Shown here: positions 15,107 through 28,951 of the stretch, in pieces
Layout of the letters: every line of letters starts with the position of its first letter
Position numbering within the stretch: position 1 is the stretch's first letter
Assembly: GCA_964035545.1 (NCBI GenBank)
Contig: OZ037770.1
Span: 15,985,456-16,049,455, forward strand
Reading direction: 5' to 3'
Source of the DNA: Bugula neritina
Taxonomy: Eukaryota; Animalia; Bryozoa
Length of the DNA stretch: 64,000 nucleotides
Notes under the pieces: generated by a model
Databases searched by the model: none
What the model saw: only the letters and a program-made list of their open reading frames with translations
What the model was told of the DNA's origin: nothing
Made by a program: the position numbers and the translations under genes

Positions 15107-17580
15107 ATGGAAGGGGCTGGGGAAGCAACTCCAACAGACAATGACGGAACTACATCTCTGTTTGAATGGCACATGAAAAATCTGCAGAAAATTAAACCAC
15201 GAAAGAGTTATGATTGGAATCACCGTATGACCACGCCTCATTTCTTTCCAACACCAAGCTGGGAGAAGACAACTACAGATTTGTTTGATCAGCTTGAGAC
15301 AACTCCATTTGATTACATCCCACGTATGTATGCTAACACACTGCTATACTCTGTATATTACCGTAATGTTATATATGCTAACACACTGCTATATTCTGTA
15401 TACTACTGTAATGTTATATATGCTAATACACTGCTATACTCTGTATACTACTGTAATGTTATATATGCTAATACACTGCTATACTCTGTATACTACTGTA
15501 ATGTTATATATACTAATACACTGCTATACTCTGTATACTACTGTAATGTTATATATGCTAATACACTGCTATACTCTGTATACTACTGTAATGTTATATA
15601 TGCTAATACACTGCTATACTCTGTATACTAGTGTAATGTTATATATGCTAATATACTGCTATATTCTGTATACTACTGTAATGTTATATATACTAATACA
15701 CTGCTATACTCTGTATACTACTGTAATGTTATATATGCTAATACACTGCTATACTCTGTCCATTGCTCAGACAACACGTATGGCTTATCCACGTCAGCAG
15801 TTCTCATTGTGTCGCTGATAGCTGCTGCCGTCAGTCTCTGCACAATCTGCATTTGCTGCTGCGTTTGTCACGCTAAGAATCAGCGAAGGAGATTGAGACA
15901 GACAGACAGACGCGGTATGTAGAGTATATTGTAGGCCTACGACCTGTATATAGTATATAGTACTACCTGTATATAGTATATAGTACTACCTGTATATAGT
16001 ATATAGTACTACCTATATATAGTATATAGTATTACCTGTATATAATATATAGTACTACCTGTATATAGTATATAGTACTACCTGTATACAGTATATAGTA
16101 TTACCTGTATATAGTATATAGTACTACCTGTATACAGTATATAGTACCTGTATATAGTATATAGTACTACCTGTATATAGTATATAGTACTACCTGTATA
16201 TAGTATATAGTACTACCTATATATAGTATATAGTATTACCTGTATATAATATATAGTACTACCTGTATACAGTATATAGTACTACCTGTATACAGTATAT
16301 AGTATTACCTGTATATAGTATATAGTACTACCTGTATACAGTATATAGTACTACCTGTATATAGTATATAGTACTACCTGTATACAGTATATAGTACTAC
16401 CTGTATACAGTATATAGTACTACCTGTATATAGTATATAGTACTACCTGTATATAGTATATAGTACTACCTGTATATAGTATATAGTACTACCTGTATAT
16501 AGTATATAGTATTACCTGTATATAGTATATAGTATTACCTGTATACAGTATATAGTACCTGTATATAGTATATAGTACTACCTGTATATAGTATATAGAG
16601 TATAGAGTGTATGGTTACAGTGTCCACGCAGTATACTGGAGCCAACAGGCTGAATGGTGACACAAGATTTGCTGTGAATAGAAACCCCTGGTCTTCCCCA
16701 CCTGTCTCTACAAACACTTATCCAGTGTGAGTCACTATTCGTTATAACTTGTATTATACCTCTACTAAAAAAGTTATAATATATCTACTAGATAAGTTAT
16801 ATTATATATCTACTAGATAAGTTATATTATATCTACTAGATAAGTTATATTATATCTACTAGATAAGTTATATTATATATCTACTTGATAAGTTATATTA
16901 TATCTACTAGATAAGTTATATTATATATCTACTTGATAAGTTATAATATATCTACTAGATAAGTTATATTATATATCTACTAGATAAGTTATATTATATC
17001 TACTAGATAAGTTATATTATATCTACTAGATAAGTTTTATTATATCTACTAGATAAGTTATATTATATCTCTACTAGATAAGTTATATTATATCTACTAG
17101 ATAAGTTATATTATATATCTACTAGATAAGTTATAATATATCTACTAGATAAGTTATATTATATATCTACTAGATAAGTTATATTATATCTACTAGATAA
17201 GTTATATTATATATCTACTAGATAAGTTATAATATCTCTACTAGATAAGTTATATTATATCTACTAGATAAGTTATATTATATCTACTAGATAAGTTATA
17301 TTATATCTCTACTAGATAAGTTATATTATATCTACTAGATAAGTTATATTATATCTACTAGATAAGTTATATTACATCTACTAGATAAGTTATATTAAAT
17401 CTACTAGATAAGTTATATTATATCTCTACTAGATAAGTTTTGTGTTTGAAGCCATTCTTGTCATAATTCTCTCTAATTTATAGTCGTGATACATATTCTG
17501 GTTTTCCTCGAGATGTGAGTTTTTCCATGCTGCCCCCTTCCTATGAACAAGCTACAACAGAGACCCAGGCTAGTACTTAG
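15107..17580 (+). CDS. Single-pass membrane protein with Cys-rich juxtamembrane segment and PPSY motif, 4 exons, about 187 aa
   Basis: Exons 15107-15323, 15771-15914 (TM AVLIVSLIAAAVSLCTICICCCVCH then RRR), 16621-16726 and 17484-17580 (MLPPSYEQA) join through GT-AG introns in phases 1, 1, 2. An acceptor (TTCCAG) lies at 15100, just before the ATG. Confidence 0.8.
15326..15759. repeat. 45-bp intronic minisatellite, about 9.5 copies
   Basis: TGCTAATACACTGCTATACTCTGTATACTACTGTAATGTTATATA. Confidence 0.9.
15940..16600. repeat. 23-bp intronic minisatellite
   Basis: TACTACCTGTATATAGTATATAG. Confidence 0.9.
16770..17440. repeat. 23-25-bp intronic minisatellite
   Basis: ATATCTACTAGATAAGTTATATT. 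Confidence 0.9.
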
Positions 17581-17794
17581 ACATACAGTATCAGTTTCCT
17601 CTGGTCTCTTCATATAACTGAGTCAGATGATCAGATGAGTAGTGGTAAGCTTTAAGGTTCTGTCTACTCTTACAGTTCAGGGAGCCAGAAGTATCTTCTC
17701 AACCCACCGGCGGTGGTTTACCAGCCTACCATGACTTAATCAAAACGTCACCATATAATTCTGAAGTAAACATTGGCCAAACAGAGCAAGTCAG

Positions 17795-17972
17795 ACAGGT
17801 TGACACTACAGGGCAGGTTGACACTACAGGGCAGGTTGACACTACAGGGCAGGTTGACACTACAGGGCAGGTTGACACTACAGGGCAGGTTGACACTACA
17901 GGACAGGTTGACACTACAGGGCAGGTTGACACTACAGGACAGGTTGACACTACAGGGCAGGTTGACACTACA
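17795..17972. repeat. 18-bp minisatellite downstream of the 17580 stop codon
   Basis: CAGGTTGACACTACAGGG, about 10 copies. Confidence 0.9.
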
Positions 17973-18899
17973 GTGTTGAATGTACATTATATTACAGTAT
18001 AAACTGTTGATAGCATGTTTAAAAGTATTTTCATGTTTCGATAAACATGGTTTTAAAAATTAATATTTCAGATGAAAATTATTTTTATTGCTGTCTTATT
18101 ACTAAAGGTAATGTATTTTATAATGACTGTTTTTTGTTACCTATTATTTTATGCCATTTGTGGAAAGTTACATTATATTATATATATTTTTCTATACTCA
18201 TACCATATGTATATATTATCCCGCTAACTGACAAAGTGGAGGTAGGTGAGAATATCTTTACATTATAGTTTGACTACCAAAAATATAATAACTTTTATTA
18301 CTGTTAATTCTAATATTTGACATTTTGCTTTTAAAAAGAATTGCTGCAAGAGCTTACTCTTAGTTTATTCTGGAAAAAGAAATAAATTTATTTTGAAGCC
18401 GAGAGATAGCTATCTGTAATATAACTGCTTATAATATTATGTGAATGTGTAGAACAGGTACCACTATGCATTCCTAAATTGATTTAAAAGTTACAAATCA
18501 GCAAATTTTCAATGAATCTACTGAGTCAGCTGGATATGTCATTTCAGATGAAAGGCAAGCTCTTGAGTCTTGTGAAAATTAGAACTAAAAATCTCATAAT
18601 TGATAATGCAATTCTTTTTATTGGGGGTTGTCTTTCTAAAATGGCAAGTTATATTTTTTATTGTTGACATATTTCATGCTAATTTTTGTGCTGTTTGTTT
18701 CGAGACTATAAATAGTTTCCCTCTCTCACTTTCACTAGGTTCAGTTTATAACTACCTCACTCTCTAATTAAGTTATAATTATATTATACACGTAGCCTAC
18801 TAAAACTGAGAAAACCTCTCGAACCTCAACAGTTGACAAACTCTCATAACCACTGAGCTGGGAGTATTCTATAATTACCATAGTAAACTACGTCCAAAA

Positions 18900-19340
18900 A
18901 GTCACTTATTTTATCGTAACTTGTGAGTGGCGACAGCAGCTCTCTTTAAAAAGTTTCAGCCCTAAAACTAAGGGTCATTGAGTACAATATTTACATGAAC
19001 ACCAACACCGTAGTTCGGATTTCTAAGTCGAAACCAAATCGGTTTCTGAACTATGGGACCCCAAACATTGTGCTGCAGCAAGCAATGTTTGCTGCAGCGA
19101 GTTTTGTGGTTTCAGATACTGGGAACACGTGACCTGTTTCAGACGACTGAACGCAGACGATGTTGAAGGGCACTCACAATCAGACGGACTGACCGCACTC
19201 AAAGTTACTGTAAAGTGTAATCACTGGTCTAGCCTACTTCACTCCGGCTTCTTGAAATGACTTCACTTTAAGTCAAAACGTGGTTTATGACTCGCTTCAA
19301 AATTAGCTTAAAATACACAACTGTCACTGCCAGGTAAGAG
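18900..19340 (+). promoter_or_regulatory. CpG-enriched promoter-like / first-exon region
   Basis: Local rise in GC and CpG, CACGTG near 19126, and a strong donor CAG|GTAAGA at 19333. Confidence 0.3.
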
Positions 19341-20587
19341 TTGAAATTATAAAATCGGTTGTGACTATCACTATCAGTATCACTATGAGTATGAGTATGA
19401 CTATGACAGTGATACTCTAACTCTATCAGTATCAATCTATGAGTATCAGTAGAGCTATGAGTATGAGTATCACTATTAGTATGAGCATCACTATCAGCGT
19501 CATACTCATAGTCATTGTGATTGTCATGCTGACTATCAGTATCAATACGAATATGACTATGAGATTGAAAAGCAGTATGATTATGACCATCATCTATCAC
19601 TATCAGTATTATTTTCAGCAAATGTTGTGTTACTGTTGGTGATATTACAGTTAACTGATTCATCATATAATTTTATTTTTGCTATCAAGTATCAGTATCA
19701 CTATGACTATCGCTACGATTTGATTTTATAATTGTGATTTGCCATTTGATGAATTACTGCTAACTTTAATTTTATTTTGTATTTATTATTTGCATCTATT
19801 TTTATTTCTAGTTAATGAATATGATGAGCTGCTAAATTATATGCATAATCATGATAGATACAGGGAGGAGCTGTGGCCAGTAGGAGCCAGTAGATACGGA
19901 GTCAGGGTTCTCACAGGAATGGTGACTATATAAACTTGCGTGAGCTGTTCTTATAATAATTATACATAGAATTTGAAGTCCATAATTTAGAGCACTGTTA
20001 ATGCTATATAATTATAATAATAACTGTAAGTATACGTTATAATAATAATTGTGATAATTGTTTTATAGCTTATAGCAATAGCTACAATTATAATAGTTAT
20101 ATCATTGACTTGTTTTAAACTGTTGACTTCAAATGGTTCGGACTGTAGACTGAGTCATAATATTTAATATATTGTATATTACAACTAGTTATAGTATTAC
20201 TAGCTAGCTCAAATTTCTACACTAACAAGTCAAATGTATTACCAGCTCTATAATTTATGAAATTATTATTAGTATAGTAACTAAAGCTGTTATTCTTTAA
20301 ATTTTCTCTTAAAGGTTAGCTTTCCAAAACTTATTTGTTATTGTCAACAGTTGCTTAGCAGTTTTGTTGCAATTGATGAGGTATTGGTGGATTGCTCTGT
20401 TATTCTTAACTAACATATAACTTAACATTTGGGCAGCTTCTGATTTAGACTGTCTACATATCAACTTACAATAAAACAAATTGTTTATAATTTACTTGAA
20501 TTCAAAGTTGAAGAATAAATAGAAGCACTATAGCTAGATTTTCCCCCTTTGTTGTGATTAAATATGCTCATGAATACTTGTCTAGAA

Positions 20588-20660
20588 CAGTGGTTTCCAA
20601 CCTGGGGGGAATTCCCCCTAGGGGAGAATTTGGACATTTTAGGGGGGAATTTGGATTTTG
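20588..20660 (+). mobile_element. Probable 5' terminus of a hAT (Charlie-like) element remnant
   Basis: CAGTGGTTTCCAACCTGGGGG resembles the typical CAGTGGTTCCCAACCT terminus. No matching right end was found. Confidence 0.4.
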
Positions 20661-21174
20661 AAAAATTCACGCAATTTGTTGAGGTTTTTGAGCTCTTGCA
20701 AATTACATGCATATGCAATTATGCATGTCTATAAATCTTCATCTTAGTTCATCTATTTAACTAAACCATATTCTGCAATCTCAGTTTACTTCTATACATG
20801 AATGTGTGTTTATTAATTACTCTACCCTAACTGTTCTCTGTGTTACTTCAAATGAAAGTCAAAAATATGCAAAAACTAACAGGCCAACTTTTAGCAGCCA
20901 TGCACGTCAATTTCTATGAACTGTATATTACATACCTAGTGAATATATTTGCTACACTAAATAATCTGAACCTAAAAATTCGGGAGTGCAATCATCATAT
21001 CATTGCCTTTCATAGCAGCAGAAATTTTTTTAAAGTTACACTAAAGTGGTGTCATCTCTATCAAAAGCATGGTGTCTTTCCCTACACTCAATGAACGTTG
21101 ATAAAAGAAGAACCTGTTCCGATTTTAGGTAAAAATAGCACAAGTAAAAATCGCACGCTGGTGTTAAATTTTCC

Positions 21175-21775
21175 CAAACCCAAACCTCCAAACCCCTCAT
21201 CCTGAACGTCTAACCTCCTACTCAAATCTACAATGCTAATATTGAAAATGTGCCAATTTTACTTAATTTTCCATTTGTGCCATTATTACCTGTGCCATTT
21301 TTACCTGTGCTATTTTTACCAGACACCACCTGTTACAGATCATTTTTTAAAAAAAACTTCTAGGCATCTCTCTGAACTTTTAATGGAGTTTTAAGGGTAT
21401 TTCTCTAAGCTACCTCCCAAAAAAAGAGCTAGATTCTTAACATAACATGTGATCCATTGCAACGCTTTGTTGAAAAGTTTTCAGAGGAGTTACAGGAGGA
21501 TTTTTTTGAGTTGGTTCATAATTCAGCATTAAAGAATAATTTGAATTTTGCTCCAGTTGATGTATTGTGGGTAGTGTCCAGTATAAATTGCACAGGTAAT
21601 AATGGCACAAATGGAAAAGTAAGTAAAAATGGCGCATGTTTTCAATATCGAGGTGGAGGTTTGGAGTTTGAAAGAGGGGTTTGGGGGAAAGGATTTTGGG
21701 TTTGCAATTGGGATTTTGGAGTTTGGGGGGGGGGTTTAGGTTAGGGGGTGGGAGTTTGAGGTTCAAGAGTTGGGG
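21175..21775. repeat. Inverted pair of 150-200 bp repeats with degenerate telomere-like tracts
   Basis: 21175-21327 (CCCAAACC... TTCCATTTGTGCCATTATTACCTGTGC) is the reverse complement of 21574-21775 (GCACAGGTAATAATGGCACAAATGGAA...GGGGTTTGGGG). Confidence 0.7.
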
Positions 21776-22779
21776 GCTTGATGAATTGTGGGTTTCAACA
21801 AGCAAACTCTTCTCGCACATATAACTGACAAATTAAGCAGCACCACCTATCTGTGTAAGGTAGGATTCCCATCTCAAAAACAGCCTTAACCTGCAGAATG
21901 ACTTAAGATGGGCCTGGTCAAACACAGAGCTAGACTTAAGTTGTAAAGTTTATTTCATTGGCTAAGTTTGTGAAGATTCAGTTGCATTGTGCTAGTTGGC
22001 CTTAAGTTCAGTCTATAATTTGTAATGATGCAATACTTTTTTTTAGACTCTCATCCTTGGGTTTATTATATTTTCTATCTACCTAAATGTAGTTTGTATT
22101 GTGTTTTATATAATATATGGACAAATATTTTATCTACAAGTTTAAAGGTTTGCGGGGTAGTTTATGAAATAAGAAATTGTAACCAGCAGTTACTTGTAAT
22201 TATTTATTATTTAGGCAAATAATAAATAATAGCAAATGCTTGTAATTTACTAATAAACTATTATTACTAATAAACTATTATTAATATATAAATATTATTG
22301 ATTAAAATTGATTAACAGAAAAAGTATTTTATAATTAGCAATTTCCGAAGGTCTCTGTTTTACTGTAAAGCAGTCAGTTCTAGTGTATCTTGGTTCATTT
22401 ATTTATTTGTTTGTTTTGCACTGCAAGCTTCCATTGAAATAACCTTTTATGGAATTCAAAATTTTAAGGGTTTTAAGCATTTGACTCTGTTATCTGCCAT
22501 TTTCTCTCCATGTAAAGCAACAAGTTAGGTTGTTTGATATACCCTACATAGTTTGACTGTTTGAAGCAAAGCTGCAAGTAACTACAGTGTAGCTGTGCTG
22601 CAGTTTAAAGCTTTCTTTCAAGATAAAGCTAAATCTTAGTAACTGTTATTGTATAGATTATAGATGCTGCAGATCTTTCTGTGCCTGTTTGATGTCAGGT
22701 GCAGTCATGGTGAAGCTCCTCCAACACTTGTCTGTTCATCCCATACAGCAGCTGATCTTCTCTTGTCATTGCCATATGC

Positions 22780-22947
22780 CTCTCACCTGCCTGCACAGAC
22801 GTGTCTCACCTGCCTGCACAGACGTGTCTCACCTGCCTGCCGCAGACGCGTCTCACCTGCCTGCCGCAGACGCGTCTCACCTGCCTGCCGCAGACGCGTC
22901 TCACCTGCCTGCCGCAGACGCGTCTCACCTGCCTGCCGCAGACGTGT
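22780..22947. repeat. 23-24-bp GC-rich minisatellite, about 7 copies
   Basis: TCTCACCTGCCTGCCGCAGACGCG, inside an AG/GT-bounded block (22664-22962). Confidence 0.9.
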
Positions 22948-23518
22948 CAATTGCAGTAAATGGTAAGTAAATATTATTAACCATTCCCAGTCACTTATAC
23001 TTGAATACTAGTTGACAGACTTCAATATTCTCTATGTAGAAGTTTTTAGGGTTACTTGTGGTATTTAAAAGTGTTTTATATCAAGCTTTTCATATTTGTA
23101 ATTTATTGAACCGTATGGGCTATCATATTTATGTTTTATTTTCATGTTATAATTGAAATCAAATGTTTTAATTTTTTTCACTATAGCCTTACCAGTACAA
23201 TCAAGTTGAACTTATGCCCAATGTTTTCATTTGTTTGACTTTATTTCAGTTGCATACTCATCATGGTCATAATCATTCCTCGAAATTGACAAGTTGAATA
23301 TTCAGTTTAAGCTGCTGTAACTATAAAAGCAAGTTATGTTTCTGATTCAAAGAAATTTCTTTCCTGGTTTTGTAGACTATGCTGATTTTATCACGATGCA
23401 AGTTTCCAATACTCTAGATTTTAGAGCCTATGCCTATAATATGATTTGTCTCCTACATGTCTGTCATCATTTATTCAAAAATTTTAATTTATCAAATGTG
23501 CATGTTTTGTTTTTTAGA

Positions 23519-25710
23519 ATGTCTCCAAGCAGCTCAGATATTCACACATTAGAGAACACATGCAGTTTACACCAGGAAGATGTGACCTAGCCAACTGTGG
23601 TCAGATCTGAGAGCCCCATCTTGGTTATAATTAGGTATTTATTATTTATGATAATTTTCTCTGTTTTCAATTTTACAGGATTATAAGGAAAGAATTATCT
23701 TGTGCTTCTTGTATTTTTCTTGATAACTGATGTCCATAATTCATGTATATCTATTTCTGTTTGAAGTAGTGAAAAAGTTATGTTTTTTTCTTTATTTTAG
23801 TCTTGTTAACTCCAAGTCTTATGAATTTGTTCAAGTTAATCACTTGTAGTCATTAGACTAGTATGTCAGCTCTGCAAACATTCACTATTAGCTAATTAAA
23901 ATGAAATGTTTTATATAATATTAAGGTAGTTTAGAATATTTCTTGTCTGTTTTGTAGTCGTGTTTAACCACATGCAGATCGAAGCTATACCTTGCTATCA
24001 AGACCAGTTTTATATCTGTGAGATGCTCACAAGCCAACACGTAGCAGTTGTCTTCTCTCTGTGTTTGATTCATCAAAACCTTCCATCGGTTCAGGTTTGT
24101 GTCTAAATGAATTGTTTATTGTAACAATATTTACTCTTTCCCTGTGTTATGTGCTATTAGATTTTAGCATTCATAAAGCTACTACCAGTGCATGGCAATG
24201 AGGTGAAATCAGTTGACCCATATCTGCTCCTAAGTAGTTTTATTCTAGCTCCTAGGGGATAGCTACTCTCATAAATGACGTTAGATTCAGCTTCTTCTAC
24301 CCTTCTTTTCGACAAAGTTTGATTTAAGATAAGCATAACAAGCGTTACTACTCAAATAGTGAAGCATGTGCTTTTGATAAAAGTGGCAATATAATTGTAT
24401 AAAGTGTAGAATATATAACTTTGTAAAGTTGTGCACATAGAACTGTATAGAGGGATGATTAAAATGAAACTGTTCTGTTCGGTACATAAAATATTCATGC
24501 TATATGTTCTGTTAGCTATGAAGTCCACTGTTGATTGATTTTGCCGTAACACTTGGCTGTGTTTCTGCTTTTAGTTTTAAAAAATTATGACTGTTTATTT
24601 CATTCAAGAATTTCCAAACATGTTTCTAATAAAAGTTAAAACAGCCCATTGTAAAGGCTCTTACAAACCTTACCCAGCTTTAGCTATGTATGTAACCTTC
24701 CTGGCTCAAACTCAGTGTTGGTTTGTTTCACTTACAGGCTACTGATAGCTGCTTCATAATATTCCTTCTGGATGGTTTGGTATTAGTTGGAGTTGTTTGA
24801 TCTCTACTTGACCTGAGCTGTTTTCAGACTGAGGTGAACTGCATACTACTCTATTTGAAGTGCGAGGTTAGCCGGTTATTATACCTTTTGCATGTCTAAA
24901 TTTTCAGTAGTGTGTTGGAATTTTTTGTATCTGTATCAGCTGTGATGAAAAGTAGACTTAATTTCTGTCAACATAAAACATATAGCCAGGAGAATATAAG
25001 CTCAGTAGAAGTGAAAATATATGCATCTTCTCCTTGTTTGTCTGAATGTCAATACAAAATTTGACCTAAGATATGAGAAATCAGCACCTGATAAGAATTT
25101 TATTTTAAGATTTTACTTTTTATGATAATGAAATCATTGCCTTCATTGAACACCATCAATAAGTAATTTATTTGACTTTGGAGTTGTTTAAGCTGTTTCC
25201 TGTAAATGCTAGCAGCAAACCTCATTCCATCTAAATGAGCACTCTTCAATCATATTTATTGTTTTGTCAATTTATTGCTATAACTGTGTGAAAACCTCTT
25301 ATTAAATAATATAAGTTTACATAGTGCTATGCTTTCTTGTGGTAAGAAAATGAAGTCTGGTTTTCATTTTAGATTTTTCATAATGGTTCTGTCAACAAAT
25401 CATGTTTTTCATTTAAATAATTATGACATTCTTCTATACATCTATACATAAATAAGAATATGAATTTTATTTTGTACTTCTCCATTTTGCTTCTGTTGCT
25501 TTCCTTACCACTGTTATATAAATTAAGCATTTTATTTCATTGTTTTTCATGATGTGCGACTCTGCTTAAATATAGACTGCTTTATTCTTACAGTAACTGC
25601 TGTGATGGTCACATGGTCATCTACTAGACAACCAACCAATTGGGTGTAAAGTTGGACAAAGTCATTCTAGATTATTCTTCACATGGGTCAGCTGGATGAG
25701 CTATATGGAG
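23519..25710 (+). pseudogene. Degenerate exons of a C-type lectin / F5-8 type C (discoidin) multidomain gene
   Basis: AG/GT-bounded blocks: 23519-23634; 23958-24094 (VFNHMQIEAIPCYQDQFYICE, like the CTLD tail PC....FICE); about 24739-24867; and 25594-25710, which across frameshifts reads TAVMV...WTKSF.DYSSHG.VSWMSYME, like FA58C WVKSFK.xYSxDGxxW. Stops and frameshifts occur throughout. Confidence 0.5.
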
Positions 25711-26978
25711 GTAATTCCTGTTGTTTTTAATATATAGAGATACTTATTGTAGCAGTCTAAAAGAAAGTAGCAAAGTGAAAACAGTTACATCATAAGTTGT
25801 AAGCGTAGTTGCAAGACGAAAGCTTAAATATAGATGAAAATACTGAGTTGTTATACCAGTCAAAAAAGCCAGCTATTTTGTAGTAGCCATGATTGGTGTG
25901 GAAAAATTGTAATATAGCTTGCATAGCTGTAAGCTATAATGCATTAGGGAACAGCTTTCCCAACTTCTGTAAAATCCCAACAAGTTAAGTATAGGTATAA
26001 CATAATCCCTTAATTAAACTACTTATAGAATTATTAGGAAATTTTTAGTTAATCACAATTCAACCAGTAAACAGTTTCAAACTTTTCATCTAGTTGTATT
26101 TACAAGAATTACTAATAAAAGTTGCACTAAAGGTAAACTGATATATTATTTTACTTCTCTGTAAGTGGATACGACTTGGATGTTTTATGTGCCTCAACTT
26201 TACCTGATTATACATACCTGCATGTGGTGGTTGATGTCTACTATTTTCTGTAGTCTCTAAAACTAGTTCTTGATGCTTCAACTAAATTTTGTTGCTTTAA
26301 AGTCACTTTTATTGTGGATGTCTGCTTTGATTTCTCTATATAACTGTTGGTGTGCCATGCATGGGTTTTAAAGCTGTAAACACTGTTTTACGTTTCACAA
26401 AATATATATTGTTGTATCCTATATTATCATGATGTTAGTTATAAAAAAATTTCACTTGTCAAAAAGTGGTAATTTATATAGTTGATATTCATGAAAGGGA
26501 GGAATATTAGGAAAAGGTTGGTAACTCGTGTGTCATATAATTCTACTGCACTTTAAGGGAGAAAATATGTTGTCCGCATCAACTATCCCGCATAACACAT
26601 TGGCTGTTGAAATTTAGGCATACATGCTTTTACAGGTACACTGTATAAGGCATGAAAGTTGTTGGGAAATTACATGAGCAGGGAAAGCTTTTGTTGAATC
26701 ATTACAGCTTTAGTTGTATTAACATAGCTATAATGTTAGCTACATTAGGCTATGTTAGCTACATTAGGCTATGTTAGCTACATTAGGCTATGTTAGCTAC
26801 AGTATGTTTTTCTCTGTTGTGTTATTTGCTTATGTGCAGCTATTTTGGCTATTTCAGAAAAAAGCTCTTTTCTATACTAATATAAACCCTGTTCTTTCAG
26901 CTCTCTTTTCATTCAGTCTTTGGAAACGCACATCTCTCTTAAAGTAACAGGAACTAACTTGAGAATTGGTTGTTTTAG

Positions 26979-27292
26979 AAATGCTCACCTTTCATCTGAA
27001 GGATTTAAAGCACCAAAGGCTTACAGTACATGCAGGCTAATATATAAGGTAAGTTTCATTTTTCATTTGTTGTTGCACACAATTTATTTGATGAAAATTA
27101 GTTAATAAATTCAGTTTGAGACAAAGTTGTTAGTGGATTAGTTGTTATTTATGTTTAACAATTGCTATGGCCATAATGAAAATAGGAAATGTTAGTTGCG
27201 AAGTATTGAGTTTACACAACTACCATCTCTAAATTGTGTTTTAGGATGGAATTCCCCTTGGGGTGGATACCAGAGCTACATAATATACCGTG
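26979..27292 (+). pseudogene. PSMB7: Truncated second PSMB7 pseudogene fragment (inverted copy)
   Basis: Exon 26979-27048 reads NAHLSSEGFKAPKAYSTCRLIYK, with a 12-nt deletion removing GTTI. The exon starting at 27245 reads DGIPLGVDTRAT*. Both are reverse-complement homologous to 29480-29789. Confidence 0.85.
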
Positions 27293-28951
27293 TGTCAGTT
27301 TGAGATGGAGGGAACACACCAGTGAGGACTACAGCTGTCGTCTCTAACCCTTCACCTGTGCTAGTAGTGGTGAGACAGTAGTGCTCCTATAAATACTACT
27401 AGGTGTGGTGAGACAATGATACACCTACTTATAATTTTTTTTCTTGAACTAGAACAGGCCATTTTACCACTTGTAGTCATTGCGAATTCAATTGCAAAGC
27501 TAGAACGACTTGGCTATATAGCAGGCTACAATAGTTAGCTATTAAGCCTTTATTTTAAGCTATTTATAGCAAGCAGATGACAAATACAATTAGTAATCAG
27601 TATTCTATTATAAGGCATAAACCTATAAGGTAGCTATTTTGTATTGCATTATATTCAAATTTTGTTCTTTTGATATGTTATAGTGCTGTAGCTTCACTGA
27701 ATAATGATATTTCTTGCATTTATGTTTTGTATTACTGTCAGTTGGTCATGTGTTATATAGTTGACATTGTTTAATAGATTTCACAGTTAGTAAAGGTTGG
27801 ACGGTTAGAAATAAAGGATAAGTCCAGCCTCCCAGGCCTAGTAGTTTATTCAGTGGCAAATGAGCATCAGACTCTACTTAAGGTCATAAGTCCTTACAAT
27901 GAAAATTTTATACTACTGTTGCAGTGAGCCCACTAACTCTCGAGACTGTCATGGTTGCCGGAAAGGCTGGTATGCCAGCTTTGAGAAGATTTAAACAGAG
28001 CAGTTCAACTTCTTCCATATCAAAGAGCAGAGGTTGAAAGGCCAAAAGGTAACATTATGCTGCAGATACTGTAAATAATTGCCAATTTACACACATGTGA
28101 CTATGTCTATGTACTATGACTATGCCGACTAAATTGTTTTAATTTGTGCTGATAACTTTCTGTATTATATATCCTGAGGTTTTAACGGATGATAAATTTA
28201 ACTGACAGTTGGTTATACTATTACTTCAAAGACATGGCAACTAACTCTAGGAAGTGTATAAAGTTAGTAATGCTGGTTTGGATTATACTTGTCATAATTC
28301 AATATATTCTGTTTGTAGAATCTCTATAGAAGCATCTATTCTTCACCTGCTGCTCAGCACCAAGTTCCGCGCCAACCCAGCAGATGCTTTTCATTTTAGC
28401 CAATCAGTTCAGCTCAGCTCAAGTGAAGCACTAATATATCCAGCCTTGGACTCTAGCTATAAGGTGGCTTGTGCCATGATACCGACATGAGTTCACAGGC
28501 GCCTTTTGCAGCAGGATATATTTTGACATGGTTTTTTGATATGATGGACCAACCGCTGCACAATACTATAACTGTATGCATTTTATCAAATGTATATAGG
28601 CTTGCAGATATTGTTAATATTATATATAATATATAATATTTTGCCTTATTTCATAATCATTATTACAACATTTTCTATGGTGTTTTTGAAAGTAATTTAT
28701 TTGATTTGTTTTCAAAAGCGACAATAAATGTAAGGAGTTATGTTAAGTGGAATTGTTGGTGAAGAGTCTCTTTTTATAAGTTTTCTTGTCTGCAAAGAAA
28801 AATTGACAGGTTATCGGTTATCACTTAGCACTTAGCACTTAGCAGTTTTTTTTCTCTTTTCATATAAGTGCTGTCATGCATGCAAAGTGAACTGAGAAGT
28901 GCAGTATGAAAGGGGAACAGTATGGAAAAGGTTGGTAGTCACTGCACTAAC

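Noticed and set aside
14278-15134. Poly-VI, poly-MT, poly-HS and 17-aa-repeat ORFs
   Set aside because: Translations of microsatellite and minisatellite sequence.
24941-25045. Possible C/D snoRNA (TGTGATGA...CTGA)
   Set aside because: No terminal stem or recognisable rRNA guide, and it is not evidently conserved in the other array copies.
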